The position numbers and the translations under genes are program-made. Positions 14,081 to 28,476 of a stretch of 64,000 nt of DNA are shown piece after piece. The DNA comes from the human T2T-CHM13v2.0 reference genome, Homo sapiens: the NCBI RefSeq assembly GCF_009914755.1, contig NC_060926.1. The stretch is one strand, 5' to 3'. The notes beneath the pieces are model-generated. The model was not told the origin of the DNA. It saw only the letters and a list, made by a program, of their open reading frames with translations, and searched no databases. Within the stretch, counting starts at the first letter, position 1, and every line of letters begins with the position of its first letter.

Positions 14081-14561
14081 CTGTAATCTTATTTCTTTTC
14101 TTCTCTGATGTGTCAAGCAGTTTGGCGCTTGTATCTATAATTTCTATTACGAAAATTCATCAGTCATAAATTAACATGAATTTTGCTTTTACGTAGTCAC
14201 CACCATTGCTAAGAAAAGGTTGGTAATAGACCAAACTGTTGAGTATAACAAAACAGTTGAGTATACAATTTATTTATAAATTAATTCAGAATTAATATGC
14301 CATACATATTTAATATATTTCAACCCTGTTTGCCTATAGCCTGCATCTAGTTTATTGTAAAGGCTTGTCAGCTCTACCTCTGTTGCTTTCTTTTGCATCC
14401 TCTTTTCTCTAGGACCCAGATTATTTGATTTAGATACAGTTTAATTTCAGTTGGACGCTTTAGACTGCACTTGAAGTCTAACCACCATATGCAATTACAA
14501 AGAAAAACAAGTTTGTATTACAGTAACTACTTTTTTGCACCAACTATAGACTGTGCTGTTT

Positions 14562-15038
14562 TCAGTAGGCAGAGTAATGGCGCCTCAAAAATGTCTACTC
14601 CCTAATCTCTACAACCTGTGAATATGAATGTTACATGACACAGCGTCTTTGCAGATGTGCTTAAGGATCTTAAAATGGAGAGATTATTCTGGATTATTTG
14701 GATGGACCCAATGTAGTCACAAGCATCCTTATAAATGAAAGAAGAAGGCAGGAGAGTATTAGAGAGATAAATGTGAGAAAGACACACCCAGCCAATGCCA
14801 GCTGTGAAGATGGAGAAGGTGCCACCAGCGAAGAATGTAGCTGGCCTCTGACATTGGAATCAGTAAGGGAATGGATTCTCCCCTAAAGCCTCCAGAGAGA
14901 ACACAGTCCTGCTGATACCTTGATTTTAGCCCAGTGAGACTTGTTTCAGATTTCTTAACTGTCAGATAATAAATTTGTGATGTTTTAAGCCATTGCATTT
15001 GTGGTGACTTGCTACAGCAGCAATAGGACACTAATACA
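14562..15038 (+). mobile_element. MaLR solo LTR, MLT1D-like
   Basis: gtaggcagagtaatgg...ctttgcagatgtgcttaaggatctt...agattattctggattat...cagcagcaataggacactaataca. Confidence 0.85.
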
Positions 15039-15744
15039 TACACTGCCTCTTTTCCCATTTTAACTTTTAAAGTGATGTTAGTCTTCTCAAATTTCATATT
15101 GACTGGGCATTGAGATCCTGCAGGATGAGATAAATGCTTTGTACTTCAGATGGGTTCCTTGTTCTTTGCCTTCCTCCCAAAGTCCATCACAAATGATCCT
15201 CAGTTTATTGGGTGAGCCTTCACTCTTTGAGACTTGATCTTTAAATATCTAATTATGCTGTTATCGTCTATAGTGTAGAAATTATTTCAAAGTCACAGAC
15301 AAACAGCCTTGTTCACTTATCAGTTTCTCGCTGCAGTATGTAAAGGCCCTAAGAAGTCTGAAGACTGATGCTTAGTAAACCACTGCAAAGCTTAATGCTT
15401 CCTTCCTTTTAAGTGAGCATGAGAGCTTCTGAGTATTAAGCTTTTTAAAATGATTATTTTCTTTGGTAATTGCCATTATTAATTTTTGGCTGGGTTGAAG
15501 AAGACAACTGCAATATAACATGAAAACATGGCAGTCTATCACATCTATTATATAAAGTCAATTACTGCCATGGTTTCATTAACTGTACAAAAGTAATACT
15601 GTATTATGTAGTAAAGTAACATGGAAAGATGCCTCTGTTCTTGACTAAATTTTGCCTATCCTAGGGGGCTAGTTTGGAGAGATGCCAGTGGTTTTCAGGG
15701 CTTCCAAGTGAATTGCCCACTGGATCACATGTGATATCTGGTAT

Positions 15745-15950
15745 TCAAATGTTATAATTTCAGTTCAGTTTTATCTCCTATTAGTTATCAGTCCTTGGGC
15801 AAGCTTCTTCATCTCTCTGGTCTTGGTTTCCCCATTTGTAAAATGAATATAATGTTCTTACAGGGTTGGTGTAGGAAAACTAGGTAGGTAAACTATATAA
15901 AATTTTAAGTATAGTATAGCATATACTGAGAACTCAAATGCTGTTATATT
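15745..15950 (+). mobile_element. MIR
   Basis: ccttgggcaagcttcttcatctctctggtcttggtttccccatttgtaaaatg. Confidence 0.65.
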
Positions 15951-17249
15951 AATGATACTATGGTAGTGCTATTACAGTATTTTTAATGTAGGTGTTTTGA
16001 TGTTACCATTAGATGTTTTTAGGTATTTAAACATCAAATAAACTATTTTACTGTATATTTTAACTGCTTTTTAAACAAAACTGATATGAATGAAGTTATT
16101 AAATTGGTAAAATAGTTTTATAAGAAGATATTGAATATGACAGAACATTTGGATTAATATATTGTTATTATTTGCGAAATGAAAATGCCAGTATGATTAA
16201 ACTGGAAATGAGAATCCTTTTATCAGAACATATTATTTGGTAACATAAGGAGCATTTGGAGATGTAACATGATTTTAAAATGGAGACTGGTTTGCGCAAT
16301 GCTGCATGAACTAGTGACCTAAAGCCAGGCTCTTTATTCTTAAGCCAAATTGCTTTCTGAACACTCTGTTGCCCTCTAGTGGGTCCACAGTTACCTAGAA
16401 ACCAGCTCACAGGAGCTACTTCCTGAACAGGATGAAGTATTTTGTTCTACTTTATTTGAAAATAATTTTTGCTATGTTTTTTGTTACAACTCACAGACTC
16501 AGGCATGGAGAATAAAGCCAGAGTTTGCATATATTTCCCTGTGCTTTTGTGCATCTTCTAGTAAGGGCTAAAGGAAATTCCTTGCATTTATAAAAACTCC
16601 TCTTTTAAATTTATTTTTAAATTTAGACTTCTTCCCGCCTACCTGTTTGCTGGCTGAAAGATTAATGGCTGGTGGTGATGAAGTGTGTAACTTATTCAGT
16701 CTGTAGTTGGACAATCTATGAAGTATATTGTGTTTTCTGGAGAAGGAGAATGCTAAATTAAGTTAAACAGCTTTTTTTTTTTTAAAGGTCCTGATTTATT
16801 TCATTTCTTAGCCCTCATTTTATCAGTAAGATTTCCATCGCAAGCTAAAGTACCTATTTTAAAGCCACAATTAAAAGAAAAACAAATCAGGATATGATGT
16901 GTTTTTGTTTTTCCTTCAAAAAGTCTTACTTTGGTTCATGGGAGTTGATGTTATAAAAGCACAAAAGCACATAGAAGAAGTTTGGAGAAGGTTTCAGAAA
17001 TAAATGCAGAAGCTCCTGAAGAACAAATGAATTACCTTGGTCATGAAATTTTAGCTCAGAATTTTCAAGATTACTCTCCGCTTATAGAATTACAAAATTG
17101 TAGAATCATGGATCCAAACAAGACCTCAACAGTCATGTGGATTAAACTCATCATCTTTCAAAAGAGGAAATATCCTACCCAGGAAGAGGTTATAGAACAC
17201 GATGTCTGTAGCTGATTTAGTTCCTGAGTCCATTTCTGCATTTCCTCCC

Positions 17250-18260
17250 TAGGATGCTGATAACATCTCATGCAGATCAAAACTACTCAGTTTGAAGTTG
17301 GCTTCCTCCATTGACATCCTTGTTTTTGTTGGTTAGTTTCAAGTTGGCTTCTTCCATTGACATCCTTGTTTTTGTTGGTTAGGAGCACCTTCTCCTAGTC
17401 TCCCAGACTTGAACTTGCAGTTATTTTAAAAATTTAGTTATTTAATAAAGCCAATTTATTCTTTCCTTTATCCTTTCCCATATGTTTGTTTTTGTCTTTG
17501 AATTTCCACAGCTACCAAATTTATATCCATAATATTTCAGGCCAAGGTTACTGTAATTGACAAGAAATTGGTCGTCTTGTTTTTAGTCTCTTCCTTACCT
17601 GTCAGCTGTTTTTGTGCCTCGTATGTAGGCAGAATGGTTAAGATCTTGGATTCTGGACAAAAAAGTCAGTTCATTTCTTGGCCCTGTTATTTGTCTAGTT
17701 TTGTCCAAGTTGCTAAACCTCTTTGTGCCTTAGTTTCATCATGGATAAGTGGAACTAAAAATAGTACTAATTATGTAAGTTAACACGAAGTGTTCAGGAG
17801 AGCACCTGGCCTGTAGTAAGTCATCAATTGTTATTGTAATTAACACACTATTAATAATGTAAATTACATTATTTAAAAAGTATTGCTTAAATCATATTGT
17901 TCCTTTTAGTGTATACTGCATCAAGTCCAAACTTTGTAGCCATTTAGAGGCCTCACAATGCCTCCAAACTTTCTCTAAACCCACTTCAACCGCAGTGGTG
18001 GCGAAACTACTGTACGATTTATTATGTATCATGGACTTTCTAGCTCCAAAGCTTTTTTTCTTAATGTTCCGGTTGTCTGCTATATCCTTGTCCCTATTTC
18101 CTGCCCATCGAAGATTCAGTTTATGTTGTTTTTTGTATTATTCAATATTAGCTCCATGAGGAGGGGGTCTTTGCTTTATTCACTGCTGTATTCCCAGTGC
18201 CTGCAGCAGTGCCTGGCATTTCCTAGCTGTTCAAATAATTACAGTCAATGAATGAACGTA
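17250..18260 (+). mobile_element. L2 3' region with a nested MIR (about 17620-17850)
   Basis: L2 terminus agctccatgaggagggggtctttg...cactgctgtattcccagtgcc...aatgaatgaa; MIR gtaggcagaatggttaaga...gtgccttagtttcatc. Confidence 0.7.
17289..17382. repeat. 46-bp tandem duplication (2 copies, 2 mismatches)
   Basis: agttt(g/c)aagttggcttc(c/t)tccattgacatccttgtttttgttggtt at 17289-17334 and 17335-17380. Confidence 0.95.
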
Positions 18261-21200
18261 TGCTTTGAGGTTTTGAATAAGCCATTCAACCACTTGTAAC
18301 TCCAGTTTTTCCATTGGTAAAATGAGAGTGATAAATGATATCGTTCACATCGTATTATTGGGAAGGTTGAAAAAGTGTGCAGGAAAATACAATGGAAATT
18401 ACAAAGCACTATATACGTGTAAAAAATGTATCTATTCCTGCTGTTCAGTTCTTATGAATTTTTCAAGATCAAGGTGAAATTGTATTTTATCCCAGTCAAC
18501 ATTTGTAAATCATCTCAATCTAAAGTAAATCCTCTGTGCTCTGAAATTTTATAGAAACGATTAAGTGGTCTTTTTTTCTTTTTCAAATGTTATTGGCTAG
18601 TAACATTTACCACTTACCATCTTGAAGTTCTTAAGAATTTTATTGTTTAACTTTTTAAGTCTTGGTTTGTCTGTCCAGGTGTCTTGTGTGCTGTTTTAGG
18701 ACTGGGATGATTGTTTAAAATATTTTTTAGCCCATAGACTTCTTACCTGTAGTTCAGTGTTTCATAAACATGTTTAATTTTAGTTAGTGATAGAGTGGGA
18801 ACTAGAATTGAAGATTTCTAATTGACTACCTTTTTCTTCCACCAAACTACGTTGTCTCTTTGAAATATTTTATTAGGAGACAGTTTGTGGGCATGTTTCA
18901 ACCTCAGAGAAGAATTTTGGAATCAATGCCTTTGTGACCTTACTATAGCTAAGGCAAATAGTGTCAAGAGATAGTAACTTAAACTACAGTAATCTTGATG
19001 ATGGCCATGTCAGATATGTGCCTTCCGCAATTTAGTTGGTTGACAACTATAGTGTGTATGGGTGTATGTGTGTATGTACGTATGATGAGAGAATCTGTGC
19101 ACAGATGTATGTATGTGGAGGAGTGTGTACACTTGCCCTGAATTTGTTTGCTTGTTGTGTACAATTGTGACACACAGGTTTCATCAGAGGTTGGAATGAC
19201 ATGATCAAGCTCTATGGTATTATTAATTTAGCTAAGCATTTGAGTACAGTGAAGAGTAAACCATAAGAAAATGTTTGATATGTGTGTAAAATTTTAAGTT
19301 TGGTTGGAGGGAAAAACCCAATAAAATTTGAGATCACAATAATGCTTTACTTAGAGCTAAAAATGTAATTCAAAATAAGAGTCAATGAACACTTTCATCT
19401 TTACAGTATGCCTTTCACCATATGTTACATTACTGGACCCAGTTCTACCAATTTTCTCTCTCACATTAGCTTCTTTTGAAGCTATTTGTATAGGCATATC
19501 TTTGGCCTAGGGGTATGGGACCATTATTTTTTTTTAATATACATCTGTTTTTTTACTTATGTAACTTACGAATTACAATCTCATTGTAATACCTAAAATT
19601 ATACCAAATGGAAGACTACTTAAGCTATAAAACATCTTCTTTTAAAAATGCAAATGCCTGTGAGTACTAGTGTCAGTCACCAGTACCTGTGTGTATTGAT
19701 TCAGATCGTGCTCCACTAATACCTAGCTGAAATCAGCTTCACTAAAGCAGTATTGTAGAGTGTCATGTGGCAGAGCACAGGGCATTGACAGTTTGAATGT
19801 AGGTTTTTCTTATTTTAAGCTGTCTCAACCTCAGTTCTCATGTTTATAAAGTCAGCTTTTAGGAGGAGGATCAAATGAAATGAAAGAGTGTGTGGTAACA
19901 TTTTGAACTGTGATGTATCACACAAATATATCACTTTTATTCTTTCCTCGTGTAGCAGCAGCCCTGAGGTATTTAAGCAAACATTTCTGCATAGCCCAGA
20001 AAGGGCTTGTGGTGGTATGAGAACACTGAGCCAGGAACAGAGGAATGTCAGAGAGGTTTGGAAGGGAGGAGGATGGTTATGTCAAAAGGCCACTCTTCTC
20101 TTCTTGCCATCTAGTGAGGTGTTCAGGAAAGAGTTAGTGCTGAGAGTATAGGGAGAAGTAGTTTTCTGAAACAAAAATTGCATTTTTCTTTAATAAGTGA
20201 ATGTGGGTGGTAAGAAGGGATATCAGAACTTCCAGGTACAGACCATCAAGGAAGGTGAAAACTAAAGTACAAGGATAGTTGTTCAGAATCTTCCCAAGAT
20301 TCCAGAACCTTGATAACGTCTGCATAGGTTATCAGGTATCATGTTTGCTGCCTATTTCTTAATGAGTAACAGCGGGTTCTATAAAATGGGAGGTGGGTGC
20401 TTTGAAACAATAGGGAGTATCGGGGGAGGTATCTCTATCTTAGGTTAGGAAAAATCTCAAGAAATAAAATGGAAAGTTGTGAGAAAAACAGCTGACCTTC
20501 CGTTAAATCATGACCTTAGGTCTCATGATTTAACGGAAGAAAAAAACGGAAACAAAAAACAGGTCAACAGGACACTGCTCAGTATGGGCAAATAACCACT
20601 GAACCTTAAACAAGCAACTATTTAGTTACTTGATAGTTTCACCAAGAGATATTTGCTATTGAGCAATTTAATGGGAGTAACCATATACCAGACTCTTAAT
20701 TTACTATGCTGGTTCTCCTATTTCCAGGACCTAAACTCACTTTATATTATTAATTAGCCATATTGTGAATCCAACAAGACGTTTTTGACTTCTCTTGGAA
20801 TCAAACTGATGTTTGTCACACTTTTATGAGGTACCTGTTCCAAATTCTATATAAACCGCTTGTACTTATAGATACATTTTTAGTAAATAAGAATATTCAG
20901 TTTCCTTAAGCTTAGGCTTTTAAGTTGTAGCGTTTGAAAGTCCTATAAGTATTTAATATCACATTTAGAAAGAAAGTGTGTTTTCCCTGTCATGTGAATA
21001 TGGAAACTTCACTTACAGAATTGCGGCAGGATTACTAAACTTAATGTTTACTCTTTTAACTTTTTAAGTTATCTTTTTAGCTTTACTTCGATGTTATGAA
21101 TCAGTTTTGAAGGATCAAGTGACATTTTCTTAACAATAAAGAAGAAAGCCTCCTTGTGCAGACTTTAAATCAGGAGTGAAATAGCATAGAAACATGTTCA

Positions 21201-21559
21201 GAAATAATGTCTTCATTAATCTCAACCAAAACCATGTTACAATTGAAATACACATGTTTATACAATACTTAACTACAAACAGACCAGAAAGACTACAAAA
21301 TAATATGATTTGAGATTATTCTAATAGCCTAACAATCTTAAATATGCATATACTTGTGTAAAAGTTGAAGAATCTCATAGTTCTTAATTGATAACAGGGA
21401 TAGAAGTTGATTTTCTAGACTGCTGGCTAAGTGTGGCCACTGTATACCAGTTCAAAATGAACCCATTGTGGTAAAATGACGTGTTCTAAATAGTTCGCCT
21501 TTTAAATGGGAATTTTACAGAGCTCTTGGTTGACTTACTTGGAAATGGAAGTACCTAGT

Positions 21560-21900
21560 GTTAAGACTGAGGAACCTGGGACTACAATTGAGAAGAGAGG
21601 GTTCAGAGGGAGCCTGCTAACTGTCCTCAACTATTTGAGTGATCATAGAAAAGGTATAAATTCATTCCCTATTGCTCTAAGAAATCGGGCCAGTGGTGTT
21701 TCAAGAAAATCTTTTTCAGCTGAATATAATGAACAGCTTCTCAATGAACCACATGCTGCTTTCTAACACAGGAGCTCATCTTAGTCACTGAGACCGAGTA
21801 TATAAGCAAGAGTGGGGCAGACATCTGCCAGGAATTCCTCTTTTAGTTTTGCAGTTTGATTAGAGACTTCTAAAGGCCAACTGTCAGCCTCTGAGGCATG
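21560..21900 (+). mobile_element. L3/CR1 LINE 3' end
   Basis: Peptide EEPGTTIEKRGFRGSLLTVLNYL resembles the CR1 ORF2 C-terminus ([23 protein letters not shown]); followed by tttcagctgaatataatgaac. Confidence 0.7.
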
Positions 21901-21941
21901 CATTTCAGTCTGGAAATACAGGATTGGCCTACATAGTCCGT

Positions 21942-22480
21942 TGTGATACAGTGTTGTTTGCTGACCTCACATCCGTTGTCCCCTTTCTCCCTCCGGTTGT
22001 GTTCAGATTCTCTCTCCCTTCAACTTGAAGCCCATATGGTTCAGTGCATGTGACTACTCACCTGCAAGGGTGACCCTGGGTGGCCCTTCGTCTGTTACTA
22101 ATATTTGGTTCCCTGTGACAGTGATTACTTTGGGAATGGTCGTGTGATTCAGTTTGTGCCAAATATGTTCAAAGAGAGATTTGCTGAGTCCTTCTGGGAA
22201 AGATCGTTTCATCTTGTGGGAGAAATTTTCTCCGAATTTTATTTTGTTGTTATGAAGTTTAGATCCATGGCTGCCATCTAGCTTCCAACAAGAGAAGAAA
22301 TTCAGGTTCCGGTAATCTAAGGAACATGGCGTCAGAGCCAATGGGTTGAGTCAACTCTCAAGACCCTCCTAACTTGGAACCTCCAATTACACGGGCCATG
22401 TATTGCCTTACATTTACGCCTGTTTCCATTGCGTTTTTCTGTGACTCACAGATTACGGATTGTCGTTGGTTACCCTGTTA
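21942..22480 (+). mobile_element. Old ERVL/MaLR-type LTR (LTR16/LTR33/MLT1K-L-like)
   Basis: gtgacagtgattactttgggaatggtcgtgtgattcagtttgtgccaa and a 3' gtttttctgtgactcaca motif; family uncertain. Confidence 0.45.
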
Positions 22481-25400
22481 GAGAAGCTTAGGCTCTATTT
22501 TTTGGGCTCCTCTTTATTTCCATTTGATTAGGACATATTTGTCCTAACCTCTTTCAGTTCTATACGTCATTAATTGGAAAGTTTTCAGATTGTTGTTCAC
22601 ATTTCTGCCAAATTATTTAGCTCCTTTCTTTCAGAAGTTTTTGAATTGTCAATGAAAGAATTACACATCTTAAAATCTGGAGGGGTAAAAATGCATATTC
22701 CAGTTGTTTGGTTTGCATGGCTTAGATTTACTAGGCAAGATTAACTTGGAATTTTTCCATTTGGTGCGAATTATATCTTTTTATTTTAAAGTCTTTGTTA
22801 TCCTTGATTGTTGATTGGGTTTTTTTTTTCTGGAAGAAATAATTAATGCTATTTAACACATCTATTAAGATGTGTTTGTCATAAACGCTCATTATTTCTA
22901 TTATTCATTACTTCAAAAATTATGTATTGAGAGCCAATATTCTAGTGACTGGGAAATCAGAAGGAGTTCTGTCTTTAGCCTTTTTAGATACTTAAAGTAT
23001 AAGTGGTTACGTCAATGCGTGGTCTTACAGAGTAACATAGAGGCCATTTTTCCAATGGATTTCTTTAAAATTGTAGCGTTCCTCCTTTTTATTTTAAGAA
23101 CTTGGAAGAAACATTTGACACTAACCTCAAAATGTCGCTTCAACTGGGTGCAATCCTATTTACATCAAGAAACTGGAGACTATATTTAAAGCAAACAAAT
23201 ATAAAAAAGAAAAACCTTGGGCAGTTTAAGAAGTTTCTCAGAACTCAGAGTGAAGTATAATAATCTTTTAAGTTATTATCCAATGGCATGAGATCATAAT
23301 GTGGTTAATACTCCAGCTTCCCCTTAGCTGTGAAGAAGTTTTGCAATTATCAGTTTTCCCAAAATTATCTCAAAAAATAATGAAGCCCTTGACCTGACAT
23401 ATGACTCTTTTCTTCTGACTCTTTACCCAAGTTATAAAGAAGTGTCTAGGTGCCCCTGGTGTAGCAAGTAAAGCCTGGAGACTCCCAGGGAGCCCTGGGC
23501 CCCTAAATGGGGCAGACTGGGGATATTTCTTGTTCACCGAGGAAGTGGGGTTGCTTACGCTTGGACACTGAAAACACATCTGTGATATATTCAATGTACT
23601 TCATGTCCAAGCAATATAAAGACAGTGGTCCTTTACATTGTGACATTGAAATCACAATCACTCCTTTCTGAAGTGGCTACATGGCTGTCAAAATCAGGGT
23701 TCTTTAAACAAGCTTCAGAACATGCCACTCTTCCCTAACAAGACAGAATAATTTGGTATATTTAGGAAGATTGGAGGTTAAGCGAGTGAGATTCCCGGAG
23801 GATTTGTAAGAACACTGTAGAAGTGTTGGGGGTGGGGGAGATAAATGTGATGAGTTAGAAAAATAAGTAATTTGCAGATTTAGTGTGCTGATGATTTAAA
23901 AAGTGCTGTAATGAATGTTACAATAAGACAAGCAACAAAGAATAATGTGATAGACAATGATACAATAATGTTTGGGGAGGCTCCATGTCAAAGGCATCAA
24001 CACTCAAACTATTTACATGACTCTTTCCCAAATGGAAACTTATTTCCCAAATGGAAATAAGGAAGTTAAGTAGTTACAATGATTTAGCATAAAAATGGAT
24101 GAAATATTTTGCATTTAACAGAGACCAATCTGAGATGAATCTTGTATTCTTATATATAATGCATCAAAATATGGAATGCAGCTTCTGACTGGCCAAGTTA
24201 ATTTTAAACCTTAGTATTTTTTATATGTATATACACTAACAGAAAATGTATCAAGTTGGTCTGTTCCAAGAAAGTCTAGGTTGAAAACTTGTGTATTTCC
24301 TGCCACATTGATACTTGAAATAAATATTCAAATAAAGGTGGAATATTAAAAATCCTGCAGTACTGTTCTTTAAATCTTTGCTGTTTGTTAGAAATCAGAA
24401 GCTAAAATTGAAAATTAGATTTATTGAGATGAATACTTCAAAGGCTGTTCCCTGGTATCTTAATTCAATATATTGCTTTCCTCTTTTTCCAAAACAAATA
24501 TTTTCCTCTTATTTAAACAATGTTTTCTTTTATTCAGCTATAGCATCTGATGGCCTCATGTTACTGAAAGTTAACATAATAATTTGGGACTTAGAAACTT
24601 TATTTTACTCCTAGTTATAACTTTATTGGAAAATTTAATTTTGTACAGTGAAAATAATTATGTCTGGAATACTCTGAGCACCATTTGGTCAGTAGCACAC
24701 CTTATATGAAATAAATAGATTTTTAAAAATTTGATAGTGTCTTCATATAAGGAGAGGAATATAGCTCTGGATTGAATTTTTGACACGCAATCTTTTATTA
24801 TGACATCTAGTTGATTAATACTTCAGCCAAATCAGTGTTTTATAGTATCTCTTCACTGTCCATTGGATCTGGAGCTACAAGCATGCATAAAACCTGAAAT
24901 CTGCTTTGTACTTCCCATCATTTACTTTGGGGCAATGCCAGTGTCTTGATTATAGTGTTTGAAGTCTAAATGCTTTAAGAATTCATCTAAGGCAGGACAA
25001 TTTTTATACATGATTTTCTTATTGTATTTGAGTGACAGTGTTTAAGAATTTCTTAAGGTTAAAAGGTGGTAGGACAGAATTTTTGAATAAGAGGCACTTT
25101 TGTTTGTTTTTTCCTTTGTTTTAAAATTGTTAAACTGTTAACTGTTAAACCCAACACTACTAAAAAAGTTAGTACTTGTTAAATGTCAAAAAATTTTAAA
25201 TATGGTAAAATACCAAGATGAATACCAAAATCATCTGCAATCACATCAAGCAGGAGTAGTCATTATTAAAAGTTGGGCATATAAATTTCTTTTGTATATG
25301 TATTGAAGCATAAATATTTACATTTATACTTTTTCATACAAAATTGTTTTAGTAACATACTTTTCTTTGACTTAACACATTTTTCTATGTATTTATTCTT

Positions 25401-25996
25401 TGAAAGATGATTTTCAATATGTATTTGGCCCATCCTTGTTTGAATGGGGATTTTTAGCTTTAGCTTCCTTCCTTTGCTTTTTCCTTGAACATTTTGCTAT
25501 AATTCTGATAAATACTCTATTTACTGTAATTAAAATGTAAAAGCAAGATGTGTTTTCAGTGTAAAAATCCTGGGATATTTTAGGAAAAGGACTTTTAACC
25601 CTATAAATACAGCATAGAATTCTTGTCTAGAGAACTAAGTAAATGTCTATACTCATGGGACTTATTGGGCTGGTTGCTTACCTAGGTAGCTGAATATTCT
25701 GATTTCTGGTGTTTGGAAGAAAAATTTCCATTTGTTTTATAGGTGATTATTGGTAAGTTATTAGCTGTAGTTTGCTTTTAAAATGTATGTACCTTGAAAT
25801 ACACATATGAAAGGTTTAAAGGCAAATCTAACTTTTTTTAAATCTGAAACTCTATTTTAAGTTGAGTGTTGTTTTCTTCTGGATTTAACTGATTTTCAGC
25901 ATTTTATTAATGCCGTAGAATTCTGGAAGTATTCACCAATTGAAAAGAATGAAAAGAAAGTATTTAACGATGACTTCTACTGAGGAAGCAATTTTA

Positions 25997-27185
<1,189 letters not shown>

Positions 27186-27269
27186 TGAAGAAGCACTTTT
27201 AAATGTGAAAACTGTTATTGTTGAATTATAAGATTGTAATTGGAATATTCTTCATGATTCCAATTAGAA

Positions 27270-27516
27270 TTTACTTTATTGATACTTTATTAATTTTAGG
27301 CATAGTGCTAAAAACATTGCTTATATTATCTCATCGATTATTTAAAATTACCCAGTGAGATAGACCTATTATCCCCATTTTACAAATTGGTAAACTAAGG
27401 CTCAGAGAACAGGATTAAGTGGTTTGCACACTTCTAAAGAGCCAGTACCTGATTAAGCCAGGACTCAAACTCAGATCTGTCAGTCTCCAAAGCCAGAGTT
27501 CTTAACCACCATGCTT
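27270..27516 (-). mobile_element. Near full-length MIR
   Basis: tattatccccattttacaaattggtaaactaaggctcagaga...ctccaaagccagagttcttaaccaccatgct. Confidence 0.85.
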
Positions 27517-28344
27517 AGACACAAAATTTGGTTTTCCATTTTCATGGTATTTTTCTGGAACTCTACTGTCCCTGCACTTGCTCATTTATGAGATGTTTGT
27601 CCCATGAGGCTGTATCCATTATGAAGTTTATGTAAAGATAAATAAGATGCTTCTTGTTAAAGAGATGGGAATGGGAGAGGTTGGATGGGGCAGTCAAAGG
27701 AAGTGACAGCTAGTTTATTTCTGTTACTTTATGCTCTTGTAAAAATACAGAAAAGATTGTGAATTTCTTTACTTTTATGAAATGTTTTAATTTCTGTAGA
27801 GTTGCCATGCATTATTCAAGATTATAAAATGATTTGAATTTCAGGAGCAGACAGATTTTCTGATGAGGATTTCAAGCTGTGTAATTATGAAACCCATATA
27901 GGTTAAAAGTTCAGAACTCGTTAGCTTAATCATTAAAAAATAACCAATTCATAAGCATGGCATTTCATTTTAGAGGGGTACAGTTACAATATCATTTACT
28001 AAATGACCCTTGGATTCTGCTTCATGTCCCACCACACACTGAGAATGTACACCACATAGTTTATTCTATGTTATTGTATAATTTATAAAGAAAATTCATA
28101 TTTTATGGTAGTAAATTAGATGCCACAATGTAGGGCACATTTCTATAATTTTTTTTTAAAGTTTTCTTGGCACCTTAAAAATTCAAGGAAGTTAATGAGT
28201 GCCAAATATCAAAAAGGTTAATTAGAACCTGTTACATAGTGTTGAAGTATACATTTAGGAAATGATTTGTCAAATTTTTCCAGATATGGCATAAATGTTT
28301 CAGAATAAAATATAAGAAAATGAGTGCTCAGGTATGAAGGAAAA

Positions 28345-28476
28345 TTTGTATTGTGCTAAAGTACACCTAAAATGTACCATCTTCATCATTTCTAAGTATG
28401 CAGTTCTGTGGCATTAAGTGCATTCACATTGTTGTATAACCAGCACCACTATTCATCTCCAGAACTTTTCATCATA
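28345..28476 (-). mobile_element. L1MB 3'-end fragment
   Basis: aagtatgcagttctgtggcattaagtgcattcacattgttgtataacc...catctccagaacttttcatc. Confidence 0.8.

Noticed and set aside
14233-14265. Short 15-17-bp duplications here and near 9753, 6697 and 57652
   Set aside because: Ordinary slippage products with no additional structure.
21506-21766. 86-aa ATG ORF
   Set aside because: Residual L3/CR1 ORF2 C-terminal fragment.
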